The notes beneath the pieces were generated by a model, which was given only the letters and a program-made list of their open reading frames with translations, ran no database searches and was not told the origin of the DNA. Shown one piece after another: positions 39,201-48,149 of a stretch of DNA of 64,000 nucleotides. The stretch is from Candidatus Eiseniibacteriota bacterium (GTDB taxonomy: Bacteria; Eisenbacteria; RBG-16-71-46): assembly GCA_044222065.1 (NCBI GenBank), contig JBGAOA010000004.1, positions 1-64,000 of the forward strand, in the 5' to 3' direction. Every line of letters starts with the position of its first letter. Position 1 is the stretch's first letter. The position numbers and the translations under genes are program-made.

Positions 39201-39996
39201 CTCGTCGCAGCGCGTCGCGTGGTCGGGCGCGGAGAGTGCCGATCTCGAGCTGTCCGTGGACAACGGCGCGACGTGGACGACGCTCGCGAGCGCGGTCGGC
39301 GGACGCGACGACAACGAGACGTCGTTGCGCGTGCCGCACCTGCCGACGCGCTTCGCGCGGCTGCGCGTCGTGCCGAACGACCGGCTCGTTGGAGGCTTCG
39401 ATGTGACCGACTCGAGCTTCACGATCCAGACCAGCGTCGCGCTGCTGTCGCTCGCGGCGACAGCGGGCGAGCAGGGCGTCGAACTCACGTGGCGAAGCGA
39501 CCCCGCGGTCGGCCCCGAGGGTCTCGCGGGTTATCGCGTGTACCGCATGGACGGCGGTGCGCTCGGCACGCGGATCGGCTCCGACCTGATCGCCGAGACG
39601 CGCTTCGTGGACGCCGCGGGCCGCGCGGGCACGAGCTACCGACTCGCGAGCGTGAACGGCCTCGGCGAAGAGCTTGAGCTGGGCCGCGTCACGGCCGGCG
39701 AACTCGCGGGCCCGCTCGCTGCCTGGCCGACGCCGCTCGTCGCGGGCGACGCGCTGCGCGTGCGGCTCGCCGCGCCGCTCGCGGCGAACGGGTTCCCGGC
39801 GAGCGATCTCGAAGTCGGGCTCTACGACCTGGCGGGCCGCAGGATCGCGCGCTTCGCCGGCTCGGCGGTCGCCCCGCTCGGCGGTGCGGTGAACCTGGAG
39901 TGGCGCGGCGGCGTCGCGCCCGGGCTCTACTTCGTGCGCGCCGCGGCGCCGAGCGCCGGGTACCGCGAGGAGCGCCGCGTCGTCGTCGTGAAATAG
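36295..39996 (+). CDS. Secreted FG-GAP (integrin-alpha-like) repeat protein with two repeat modules and a CTD-like tail
   Basis: Many FGxx(L/I)...GD(V/F)NGDG.DD(L/I).VGAP repeats; GTG start with GGAGG RBS. Confidence 0.88.
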   Translation: MRSSRPLVRALAALLCAAPLLAPSLASALSIAEIVAASSSTVRRGQAVSGGFDFDGDGVPDGVVGQPLDDSPGVNSGSALWGKYSALSQSIAFTLLNGAAAGDSLGWSVVMMRDFNNDGYADIAVGAPGANNAAIQSAGKVFVYYGGPTADGVADLTLSGTLAGASFGWALASGDVNGDGVSDLIVGAPGEDALGIISDAGTVYVFLGSSSPSIAPAFTMNGTSAGQRIGDALVSGGDINQDGFDDLVIGRPLADDGGADSGALAVHYGGTNLPIVALTITGAAGDQLGASLALLDMNGDGYDDLAVGSPNATTGTGRVTVYAGGSEMSATASLTIAGVVASGNFGAAVCGGDWNGDGFDDLAVGAPAAGLQTHGSVRAYFGGAAFNGTVDLSFGGQSLIYAFGAAISSFGDMDGDGHDDLGVGCPTNITTSQLVTCFPYAFRFVEPRAGGTLFGGRDATVRWQGRDPADLALSLDGGASWTTLGASIGGQDENAWTFTPPLVPSEHARLRLTIAGQSATRANSRVMAGDLRIVALPDAHAVTSRVDLEFDGAAGARNGFGLAIADVNGDGRGDLCVGVPNPPPGAVRIYFGAQHTDGVPDLTLTGVGGGNALFGATIADVGDVNGDGYGDLLVGAPEYTGTFAREGRAFLYFGGPLSDATADLTIANPTPAADDRFGASLSGVGDFNNDGGNDFVIGAPFDDASSADCGVFQFYLGGAALDATSDGFDDGAVGDRLGSALAGVGDVTGDGLPDFAIGSPFADFNGADSGELFFQSGSVALSLFNANDFVFGGSLAGEQLGSALATGDFDGDGRTDIAALAAGNLLAPRVYLWLSYDGVMESEPDVALTPALGTDRLKTLAAGDLNGDGVDDLAIGAIQDPSIGTTRGRVGVYYGGGLLDGAEDLDLSGPANGDSMGLAIAVGDLAADGFADLAIGMPGVTSGAGRVRVLDYGRYHLSAPASGVTWPVGSSQRVAWSGAESADLELSVDNGATWTTLASAVGGRDDNETSLRVPHLPTRFARLRVVPNDRLVGGFDVTDSSFTIQTSVALLSLAATAGEQGVELTWRSDPAVGPEGLAGYRVYRMDGGALGTRIGSDLIAETRFVDAAGRAGTSYRLASVNGLGEELELGRVTAGELAGPLAAWPTPLVAGDALRVRLAAPLAANGFPASDLEVGLYDLAGRRIARFAGSAVAPLGGAVNLEWRGGVAPGLYFVRAAAPSAGYREERRVVVVK

Positions 39997-40112
39997 CGCC
40001 GCCCGCTCGGGGCTCAATCCCCGCGCGGAATCGGCCGAAAACTCCCGCGATCCGTCGCGGCGCCCCGAGGGTCGGGCCGCGTGCCGCGACGGCGAATCGC
40101 GGGAGATCGGCG

Positions 40113-40685
40113 ATGAAGCGGATGCGAATTTCGTCACGGCTCGCACTGCTCGCCCTCGCGGCGGCGCTCGCGAGCGGATGCGGCGCGGGCAGCGGCGCGG
40201 GCCTGGAGGCGAGTGCCGCGGAGGCGCGCGCGAAGGCGCAGCGCGACTGGAAGATCCAGGTGGACTGGGCCGGAGCGAAGACCGACCTCGCGCTCGATCG
40301 CATGGACATCTTCCTCGTCGAAGAGGAAGAGAGCGAGCCCGAGATCTTCGAGATCCACGGCGAAGGCGCGGTGCTCGTCGGCCAGCTGCCGATGGACGTG
40401 CACGTCGGCTACGGCGCCGAGTTCGAAAAGCTCGTCGGCAAGACGATCGCGCTCCAGTCGTACGGCGGCGATCCGGGGGAGCCGAAGACGTCGTGGGTGA
40501 ACCTCGGCGGCACGCAGGTGCCGGTGACGGGCGGCAGCCTGACGATCCAGAAGTTCACCGGCCACTGGGACGGCAGCGAGGGCGACAAGACCTACTGGGG
40601 CACGGTCGAGCTGCGCGTGAACGGCGCTTCGGGCGAGCAGACCGTGCGCGGCAAGTTCGCCGTCAACTGCGTGACGTGGGGATGA
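40113..40685 (+). CDS. Hypothetical lipoprotein
   Basis: Basic N-terminus, hydrophobic stretch, LASG-C lipobox; GGGAG RBS. Confidence 0.7.
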   Translation: MKRMRISSRLALLALAAALASGCGAGSGAGLEASAAEARAKAQRDWKIQVDWAGAKTDLALDRMDIFLVEEEESEPEIFEIHGEGAVLVGQLPMDVHVGYGAEFEKLVGKTIALQSYGGDPGEPKTSWVNLGGTQVPVTGGSLTIQKFTGHWDGSEGDKTYWGTVELRVNGASGEQTVRGKFAVNCVTWG

Positions 40686-40733
40686 GCTTCGAGGCGTCGT
40701 GAGGCGCGGCGCGCCGGCGACGAGCGAGCGCGC

Positions 40734-41210
40734 CTACGCCGCCTGCTTCCGCTGATACACGACGAGCCGGCACGCGACGGGGCCGAGCTTCGCCTCGGCG
40801 GCCACGGATTCGTCGTCGCGGCCGACGCTCGCGGCGTTGCGCACGAAGATCGGCAGCCCGAGCCGGATTGCGCCGTCGCGCGCCGCCATCTTCGACTTCA
40901 CCTTCCCGGCGAGGATGTTCATCACTTCGCCGACGCCGTCCACGACGTCCGCTTCGCTCAGCGGCACGTCGGAGCGCACCCCGAGGAATCCGCGCGCGAG
41001 CGTGCGGCAGCCGTCGGGCGTCGAGCTGAAGCCGAGGTGCACGGCGTTCGCGTCGCTCAGGAGCGCGATGAACGCGCCGGGCTCGACCGCGAGTTCGTCG
41101 CCCTCGTGGTGTTCGGGGCGGTCGAAGCGGAACGACGACAGCGACACTTCGCTCGCGACCTCGCGGAACGCCTCGAGCCAGTCTTCGATCGGAATCACCT
41201 TCGCGCTCAT
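40734..41210 (-). CDS. cheX: CheX-like chemotaxis phosphatase
   Basis: DGVGEVMNILAG (ExxN), LGLP; AGGAGGTGA RBS; last gene of the che cluster. Confidence 0.75.
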   Translation of the reverse strand: MSAKVIPIEDWLEAFREVASEVSLSSFRFDRPEHHEGDELAVEPGAFIALLSDANAVHLGFSSTPDGCRTLARGFLGVRSDVPLSEADVVDGVGEVMNILAGKVKSKMAARDGAIRLGLPIFVRNAASVGRDDESVAAEAKLGPVACRLVVYQRKQAA

Positions 41211-41263
41211 CGCTTCACCTCCTTCGCGCGCCTTGCGGCGCTTCGGGTCGTCGGTGCGGCGGC

Positions 41264-42136
41264 TCATGCGGCCTCCGCGAACTTCGGCTGGTAGCCCACC
41301 GTGCGGCCGAACGGCACCGCCTCGAACGCGTCGTCGAGCCTGAGCGGCGTCTCGCCGCCGCCGAGGAACAGCCAGCCGTCGGGCTTGAGGACGCGCCGCA
41401 GCTGGCGCAGCACGTCGCGCCGCGTGGCGTCGTCGAAGTACAACAGCACGTTCCGCATCAGCACGACGTCCATCGCCGGCAGCGCGGGCCACGGCTGGAT
41501 CAGGTTCAGCTCGCGGAACTCGACGGCGCGCTTCAGATCGTCGTTCACGCGCCAGTCGGGGCCGTCCTTTCGGAACCAGCGCACGAGGCAGTGCGCGGGC
41601 AGCCCGCGGTTCACCTCGAGCTGGCTGTAGAGCCCTTCGCGCGCGCGGCGCAGCATCGCGTTCGAGAAGTCGGTCGCGAGGATGCGCACGTTCCAGGCGC
41701 CGAGCATCGGGAAGTGCTCGCGCGCGAGCATCGCGACGCTGTAGGGCTCCTGGCCGCTCGCGCACGCGGCCGACCAGATCGCGAGTTCGCGCTCCTTCGA
41801 GCGCCGCGCGATCAGCTCGGGAAGCACGTCGCGCTTCAGCGACTCGAACGGGTGGAGGTCGCGGAAGAACGACGTCTCGGTGATCGCGAGGCTCTCGACG
41901 ACGCGGCGGTGGAGCGGCCCCCACGACTCCTCGGTGCGCAGGCTCGCGAGCAGGTCCGAGACGCGGTCGAAGCCCTCTTCGACGGCGAGCCAGCCGAGCC
42001 GCAGCTCGACGAAGTACTCCTTGCCGGGGTCGATCACGAGTCCGGCGCGCGCGCGCACGAGCGCGCGCAGCTCGTCGAACTCGGGGCGCGTCACGGCGTG
42101 GCGTGGGTCTCGCGGCTTCGGGGCGTCATGCGGCAC
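41264..42136 (-). CDS. cheR: Chemotaxis methyltransferase
   Basis: TETSFFRD, IWSAACASGQEPYS, RNVLLYFD, LFLGGGE. Start approximate (GTG with GGAGG). Confidence 0.93.
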   Translation of the reverse strand: MPHDAPKPRDPRHAVTRPEFDELRALVRARAGLVIDPGKEYFVELRLGWLAVEEGFDRVSDLLASLRTEESWGPLHRRVVESLAITETSFFRDLHPFESLKRDVLPELIARRSKERELAIWSAACASGQEPYSVAMLAREHFPMLGAWNVRILATDFSNAMLRRAREGLYSQLEVNRGLPAHCLVRWFRKDGPDWRVNDDLKRAVEFRELNLIQPWPALPAMDVVLMRNVLLYFDDATRRDVLRQLRRVLKPDGWLFLGGGETPLRLDDAFEAVPFGRTVGYQPKFAEAA

Positions 42137-43199
42137 GGCGCGACCCTCCGGCGCTCGCGCGCTCCGCGATCTCGGCCGCGAGTGACTCGGGCGCGAGCGC
42201 TGCATCGGCGAGCCCCGCGCGCGCGACGTTGCCCGGCATACCCCACACGACGCTCGTCGCCTCGTCCTGCACGAGCACGCGGCCGCCGGCCTCGCGCACC
42301 GCGCGTGCGCCGTCGAGCCCGTCGCGCCCCATGCCGGTCATCACGACGGCGAGCGCGCCGCCGCCGAAGGCGTGCGCGAGCGAGCGAAAGAGCGGATCGG
42401 CGCTCGGCCGGCACGCGTTCACGGGCGGCGAGTCGTCGAGCGCGAGCCGCCACGCGTCGCCGCGGCGCGCGAGCACGAGGTGGCGCTCGCCGGGCGCGAC
42501 CCACACGCGGCCCGCTTCGAGCGGCGCGCCGTCCTCGGCCTCGTCCACGCGCAGGTCGCACTGCGCGGCGAGACCGTCGGCGAGGTGGCGCGTGAACGTG
42601 CGCGGCATGTGCTGCACGACGAGGATCGGCGCGGCGAAATCCGCGGGCAGCTTCGCGAGCAGCGCGGCGAGCGCGCGCGGGCCGCCGGTGCTCGCGGCGA
42701 TGCCGACGATCGCGGCGCGAGCGCGCCGCGCGGGCGCGCCGGGCCGTGCGGCCGACGCCGGCGCCGAGGCCGCGTGCGCGGTCGCCGCGGCGCGCGCCTC
42801 GGCGAGCGCCTTGAGCCGCGGCGCGAGTTCCGAGCGCACGTGCGCCGCCGCGCCCTGCGGATTCGCGTGCGCGGGCTTCGGCAGGTAGTCGCTCGCGCCG
42901 TGCCACAGCGCCTGCAGCGTCGCCTCGGCGCCCATCGTGCTGAACGAGCTGAACACGATCACGGGGAGCCGCGGATGGAGTGGGCGCAGCGCCTGCAGGA
43001 ACTCGTAGCCGTTCATCACCGGCATGTCGAGATCGAGCACGACGACGTCCGGCGGATCGCGCTTCACCGCGGAGAGCGCGAGCAGTCCGTTCGACGCCTG
43101 CGCCGGCGGCGCGAACGCCGGATCGGCGGCGAGCGCCTCGGCGACGAGCCGGCGCAGCGCCGCGCTGTCGTCCACGAGCAGCACGCGGATCGGCGTCAT
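42126..43199 (-). CDS. cheB: Chemotaxis methylesterase with receiver domain
   Basis: VDDS, LDLDMP, ASTGGP, VQHMP, MTGMGRDG. Confidence 0.95.
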   Translation of the reverse strand: MTPIRVLLVDDSAALRRLVAEALAADPAFAPPAQASNGLLALSAVKRDPPDVVVLDLDMPVMNGYEFLQALRPLHPRLPVIVFSSFSTMGAEATLQALWHGASDYLPKPAHANPQGAAAHVRSELAPRLKALAEARAAATAHAASAPASAARPGAPARRARAAIVGIAASTGGPRALAALLAKLPADFAAPILVVQHMPRTFTRHLADGLAAQCDLRVDEAEDGAPLEAGRVWVAPGERHLVLARRGDAWRLALDDSPPVNACRPSADPLFRSLAHAFGGGALAVVMTGMGRDGLDGARAVREAGGRVLVQDEATSVVWGMPGNVARAGLADAALAPESLAAEIAERASAGGSRRAA

Positions 43200-43233
43200 G
43201 CGGCGCCCGCGGCCCGATGCGCGCGATCGATCG

Positions 43234-43617
43234 TCACGCGGCCTGCTCGCCCGGATCCACGCCGAGCAGCACGAGCTTCTCGAGCAGGCCCTGCTTGTCG
43301 AACGGCTTCATCAGGTACTCGTTCGCTCCGGCCTCGAGCGCGATCACGACCTGCTCCATCTCGCTCTCGGTCGTGACCATCATCACGGGCACTTCGGCGA
43401 ACTCGGCCTCGCCACGGATCGTGCGCAGGAACGCGCAGCCGTCCATCTCGGGCATGTTCCAGTCCACGAGCACGATGTCCACCGAGCGCAGCTTCCGGAT
43501 CGTGACGAGCGCCTCCATGCCGCTCGCCGCCTCGTGCACTTCGAATCCCAGCTCCTTCAGGAACTTGCCGATGATGCTGCGCATCGCGCGCGAATCGTCG
43601 ATGACGAGCGCTCTCAT
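43234..43617 (-). CDS. cheY: CheY-like single-domain response regulator
   Basis: IDDS, VDWNMPEMDG, MVTT, YLMKPF. Confidence 0.88.
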   Translation of the reverse strand: MRALVIDDSRAMRSIIGKFLKELGFEVHEAASGMEALVTIRKLRSVDIVLVDWNMPEMDGCAFLRTIRGEAEFAEVPVMMVTTESEMEQVVIALEAGANEYLMKPFDKQGLLEKLVLLGVDPGEQAA

Positions 43618-43644
43618 GTCGGTCCTCCTCGCTCGACGCGCGGC

Positions 43645-45315
43645 TCAGGCGGCCGCGCGCCAGTGCTCCTCGGCCGCGGCCGGCGCCACGGCGGGTTCCT
43701 TGGGCGCGCGCGCGACGCGCGTGCCGGTGTCGGTCGTGAAACGGCGCGTGAGCCGCTGCAGCTCGGCGGCCATGCCGGCGAGTTCGCCGGCGGCGTTCTG
43801 CGTGCGCGCCGAGCCCGCCGCGGTGCTCTTCGCGGCCTGCGCGACGCTCGTGATGCCCTCGCCGATGTCGGACGCGCCGCGCGCGGCCTCGCTCAGGTTG
43901 CGGCCGATCTCGCTCGTCGTCGCGAGCTGCTCGTCCACCGCGCTCGCGATCGAGTTCGAGATGTCCTTGATGTGCTGGATCGTCGCGCGGATCTGGTTGA
44001 CGGCGTTCACCGCCTCGCGCGTGTCGGTCTGGATGGACTGGATCACGACCCGGATCTCTTCGGTCGCCTGCGCCGTGCTGCGCGCGAGGTCCTTCACTTC
44101 GTGGGCGACGACGCTGAAGCCCTTGCCGGCGTCGCCGGCGCGCGCCGCCTCGATCGTGGCGTTCAAGGCGAGCAGGTTCGTCTGCTCGGCGATCTTGCTG
44201 ATCAGGTGCACGACGTTGCCGATCGCCATGCCGCTCTGGCCGAGCCGCGCGATCGTCGTGCTCGCGGTCTGCACTTCGCCCGCGGCCCCCGAGGCGACGC
44301 GCGCCGCCTCGTTCGTGTTCTTCGAGATCTCCTGCACGCTCGCGTTCATTTGCTCGACCGCGACCGCGACCGTCGCGACGCTGCGGCTCACCTCGTTCGC
44401 GCTCGACGCCACGGAGCCCGCCTGGTGCGACGCCTCTTCGGCCGTCGCGGACAGTTCGTAGCTCACGTTCGACAGGTCCTCGGACGCATCGGCGAGCGTG
44501 GACGCCTTGTTCGTCAGGTGGCTCACGACGCCGTGCAGCGACTCGCGCATGCGGTCGAGCGATTTCGAGAGTTCGGCGACCTCGTCGCCGCCCGGCACCG
44601 AGGCGACGCGCGTGAGGTCGCCCGCGGCCATCGCCTCGGCGCCGCTCTGGAGCGCGGTGAGCGAGGTGCGGATGCGGCGCGCGAACGCGAGTCCGGCGCC
44701 GAGCGTCACGCCGCCGACGAGGAACCACATCAACGTGAGGAGCCCCGTGCGCTGCCGCAGCGTCGCGAGCGCCGCCGACTCCATGCGCGCGTGCTCGGCG
44801 CGCGCGAGCCGCGTCGCTTCGACGGCCGCTTCGCGGTGGCGCGCGTAGGCGAGCCGCAGCGGCCCGCGCACGAGCGCCTCGACCTTCGCGGCATCGCCCT
44901 TCTCGGCCGCGGGCAGCACCTCGTCCCGCAGCAGGCGCGAGAGGCGGTCGGCGCTCGGCATGAACCGCTTCGCGACCTGCGTGCGGAGCGCGCCGGGCGG
45001 AAGACCCGTCTCCCACGTCGAGCGGTGCTCGTCGAACTCGTCGAGCCGCTGGTGCAGTTCGTCCACGAGCGCCTCGCTTCGCGGAGTGGCGCACTCCCAG
45101 GCGAGCGACTGCGCGACGACGCACGCCTCGACGAGGTAGAGCGGCGTCGGCACGACGTCGGCGACGAACGACTCGGACGCCGTGATGCGTTCGTACGTCT
45201 CGCCGCCGATGGACGTGTCGCGCAGCGTGAGGAACGCCGTCAGGCCGCAGGCCGCGAGGCCGAGCGACGACAGCAGGATCAGGCCGGTGAGCCGGCGCTG
45301 GAGGGTGACGTTCAC
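43645..45315 (-). CDS. Methyl-accepting chemotaxis protein (2 TM, periplasmic sensor, HAMP)
   Basis: [29 protein letters not shown] start with GAGAGG RBS. Confidence 0.93.
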   Translation of the reverse strand: MNVTLQRRLTGLILLSSLGLAACGLTAFLTLRDTSIGGETYERITASESFVADVVPTPLYLVEACVVAQSLAWECATPRSEALVDELHQRLDEFDEHRSTWETGLPPGALRTQVAKRFMPSADRLSRLLRDEVLPAAEKGDAAKVEALVRGPLRLAYARHREAAVEATRLARAEHARMESAALATLRQRTGLLTLMWFLVGGVTLGAGLAFARRIRTSLTALQSGAEAMAAGDLTRVASVPGGDEVAELSKSLDRMRESLHGVVSHLTNKASTLADASEDLSNVSYELSATAEEASHQAGSVASSANEVSRSVATVAVAVEQMNASVQEISKNTNEAARVASGAAGEVQTASTTIARLGQSGMAIGNVVHLISKIAEQTNLLALNATIEAARAGDAGKGFSVVAHEVKDLARSTAQATEEIRVVIQSIQTDTREAVNAVNQIRATIQHIKDISNSIASAVDEQLATTSEIGRNLSEAARGASDIGEGITSVAQAAKSTAAGSARTQNAAGELAGMAAELQRLTRRFTTDTGTRVARAPKEPAVAPAAAEEHWRAAA

Positions 45316-45385
45316 GAGAACCTCTCCGGTGCGAGGGAGCGGGACGAGATCCCGGGGTGCGAGGGAACAAAGGGCGCGCGGACGG

Positions 45386-45817
45386 TCACGGCAGCGCCTC
45401 CGCGAGCAGACGATCGAGATCGAGCGCGAGCAGCAGTTCGCGCTCGAGCAGCGCGACGCCGCGCACGCGGCCGCGCAGGTGCTGGGGCACCGACGCGGGG
45501 CAGGGCTCGAGCGGCGCCTCGCCGGCATCGAACACGTCCTCCGCCGCGTCCACGACGAGCGTGAGCGCTTCCTCGCCGTGGCGGACGACGAGATGCGTGC
45601 GCTCGCCGTCGCCTTCGGCGTCGTCGAGTCCGAACACGCGGCGCAGGCTCACGGCCATGAGGATCTCGCCGCGCAGGTTCAGCAGCCCGAGCACGCTCGC
45701 GGGCGCGAGCGGCACGGGCGTGACGTCGGCGGCGGTCACGACCTCGACCACGCGCTCGACCGGCACGCCGTAGCGGTTCGCGCCGACGCGGAACGTGCAC
45801 AACGCGCCGGCGGTCAC
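45386..45817 (-). CDS. cheW: Chemotaxis adaptor
   Basis: [22 protein letters not shown] overlap with the cheA stop. Confidence 0.9.
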   Translation of the reverse strand: MTAGALCTFRVGANRYGVPVERVVEVVTAADVTPVPLAPASVLGLLNLRGEILMAVSLRRVFGLDDAEGDGERTHLVVRHGEEALTLVVDAAEDVFDAGEAPLEPCPASVPQHLRGRVRGVALLERELLLALDLDRLLAEALP

Positions 45818-47913
45818 GCGGCCTCCGCGAGAGCCGCGAGGTCCACGACCTCGGCGAGCCGCCCGCCGACGATCGCGCGCGCCGCGCCGTCGGGGTCGAG
45901 CGCGAGCACGTCCTCGACGCGCTCGAACGCGAAGCCGACCGTCTTGCCGCGGCACTCGCACACGAGCACGGGCACGGTGCCCGCCGCGGCGCTCCACGCC
46001 GGATCGCCCGCATCGCCGAGCGCCGTGCCGAGCGGCACGACCGGGAGCAGGCGGCCCTGCCACTCGGCCGCCCAGCCGTCGCGGCCGCGCGCGAGTGATC
46101 CGGGCGCGAACGACTCGATGCGCGCGACGTGTTCGAGCGGCACGATCGCGAGCCGCTCGCCGCCGAGCGAGACGAGCAGTCCGCGCGCGCGGTCGTCCGG
46201 CGGCGCCGGCGGCGGCGGCGCGGCGGCGCGCGGCGCGGCGGCATCGAAGCCCGCGCGGCGCGCGAGCCCCGGCAGATCGAGGATCAGCGCGATGCCGCCG
46301 TCTCCGAGCAGCGTCGCGCCGGCGTAGGCGCGCAGCGCCCGCAGCGACTGCGCGAGCGGCTTCACGACGATCTCCTGGGTGTCCACGATGCGCTCGAACA
46401 CGAGCCCGAGGCGGCGGCCGTCCGCGGTGACGACGGCGATCTGGCCGCGGCGGCGCTCGAGGCTCTCGGCGCGCGTCGCGAGCCCGAGCGACTCGGCGAG
46501 GAACACGAGCGGCAGCAGCGTGCCGCGCAGCCGCATCACGGGCGCTCCCTCGACCTGCTCGAACGCGTCGCCGCCGAAGACGTGCAGCGGGACGAGCTCG
46601 TCCACGCTGACCTGCGGGATCGCGAAGCGCGCGCCCGCCTCCTCGACGAGCAGCACGGGCACGATCGCGAGCGTGAGCGGGATGCGCAGCCGGAACGTCG
46701 TGCCGCGCCCGGGGTCGGAGTCCACCTCGATCGAGCCGCCGATGCGTTCGATGCCCGACTTCACGACGTCGAGCCCGACGCCGCGCCCCGAGATCGCGGT
46801 GACCTCCTTCGCGGTCGTGAAGCCCGGCAGGAACAGGAACTGGAGCCACTGCCGCTCGCTCGCGCGCTCGGCGTCCTCGCGCGCGAGCAGCCCGCGCTCG
46901 AGCGCCGCCTCGCGGATGCGGTCGACGCGGATGCCGCCGCCGTCGTCGGCGACCGTGAGCAGCACCTGTCCGCCCTCGTGGCGCGCGGCGATGCGCACGA
47001 CGCCCTCGGCGGGCTTGCCCGCGGCGGCGCGCGCCTCGGGCGACTCGATGCCGTGGTCCACCGCGTTGCGGACGAGATGGACGAGCGGGTCCTTGAGCGC
47101 CTCGATCAAGGCCTTGTCGAGCTCGGTCGAGGTGCCTTCCCTGTCGAGCCGCACGCGCTTGCCGCACGCGGCGGCGACGTCGTGCACGAGGCGCGGCAGC
47201 CGCTGCCACAGCGTCGAGATCGGCTGCATGCGCGTTCGCATGACTTCTTCCTGCAGCCGCGTCGTCAGGTGGTGCAGGCGCTGGTTCGCGCCCGGCAACT
47301 CGGCCCAGTTGCGCGCGGCCGAGTACTGCGCGACCTGGTTGCGCACGAGCACGAGTTCGCTCGCGAGGTTCATGAGCCGGTCGAGCAGCCCCACGTCCAC
47401 GCGCAGGTGGTTCGCCTCGGCGGCGCTGGCCGCGGCCGCGGCGTCTTCGCGCTTCCCGCGCAGGGCGCGCACCGCCTCGCTCGTCGTGTCGGCGGTCGCG
47501 CTCGAGCGCGCCGCTCGCTCGGCCGCGCGGCCCGCGAGCGCCTCGGCGCGCAGCACGACGTCGTCGAACGAGTCGGGGCCCTCGCTGCGGGAGCGCTCGA
47601 CGTGGCCGAGGATCACGCGCACCGCGTCCACGGTCGCGAGCAGCGCGGCGGTGACGTCGGCGGACGGCTCGAGCGCGCCGGCGCGCACGCGCGCGAGCAG
47701 GTTCTCGCCGGCGTGCGCCACGCGCTCGAGCGCGCGGTAGCCGAGGAACGAGCACGTGCCCTTGATGGTGTGGAGCGCGCGGAACGCGTCGTCGAGCGCG
47801 GGCTTCGCGCCCGGTTCGCGTTCGAGCGCGAGCAGGTCGCGGTCGAGACGGTCGAGCCCCTCGTGGCTGTCCGCGAGGAACTCCTCGATGATGGCGTCGT
47901 CCATCTCGCTCAA
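45814..47913 (-). CDS. cheA: Chemotaxis histidine kinase (no P2 domain; extra degenerate CheW-like C-terminal domain)
   Basis: FRALHTIKG, HLVRNAVDHGIE, DDGGGI, GRGVGLDVV, IPLTLAI. Start TTG 47913 (GAGGAG RBS) or ATG 47904. Confidence 0.95.
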   Translation of the reverse strand: MSEMDDAIIEEFLADSHEGLDRLDRDLLALEREPGAKPALDDAFRALHTIKGTCSFLGYRALERVAHAGENLLARVRAGALEPSADVTAALLATVDAVRVILGHVERSRSEGPDSFDDVVLRAEALAGRAAERAARSSATADTTSEAVRALRGKREDAAAAASAAEANHLRVDVGLLDRLMNLASELVLVRNQVAQYSAARNWAELPGANQRLHHLTTRLQEEVMRTRMQPISTLWQRLPRLVHDVAAACGKRVRLDREGTSTELDKALIEALKDPLVHLVRNAVDHGIESPEARAAAGKPAEGVVRIAARHEGGQVLLTVADDGGGIRVDRIREAALERGLLAREDAERASERQWLQFLFLPGFTTAKEVTAISGRGVGLDVVKSGIERIGGSIEVDSDPGRGTTFRLRIPLTLAIVPVLLVEEAGARFAIPQVSVDELVPLHVFGGDAFEQVEGAPVMRLRGTLLPLVFLAESLGLATRAESLERRRGQIAVVTADGRRLGLVFERIVDTQEIVVKPLAQSLRALRAYAGATLLGDGGIALILDLPGLARRAGFDAAAPRAAAPPPPAPPDDRARGLLVSLGGERLAIVPLEHVARIESFAPGSLARGRDGWAAEWQGRLLPVVPLGTALGDAGDPAWSAAAGTVPVLVCECRGKTVGFAFERVEDVLALDPDGAARAIVGGRLAEVVDLAALAEAA

Positions 47914-48149
47914 CGCGCCGCTCCTCACCCGAATCGAAGCAAACGAAAATGCGCGCTCCCGCGTCGGACGCGGAGCGCCGGGTCGTGCCTGCGCGGAAGT
48001 TATCGGCGCTCAGGCGCCGAGCCTGCACGGCGGAATGCGGTTGCGGGCGCGAACGGCGCGGCCGGAACGCGTGTCGGCGGAGAGGCGCGCGCGGGGCGAA
48101 ACGCCGCGCGCCGGAGGCGCGGCGCGCCTCCGGTCGAGGGGCTCGAGCG

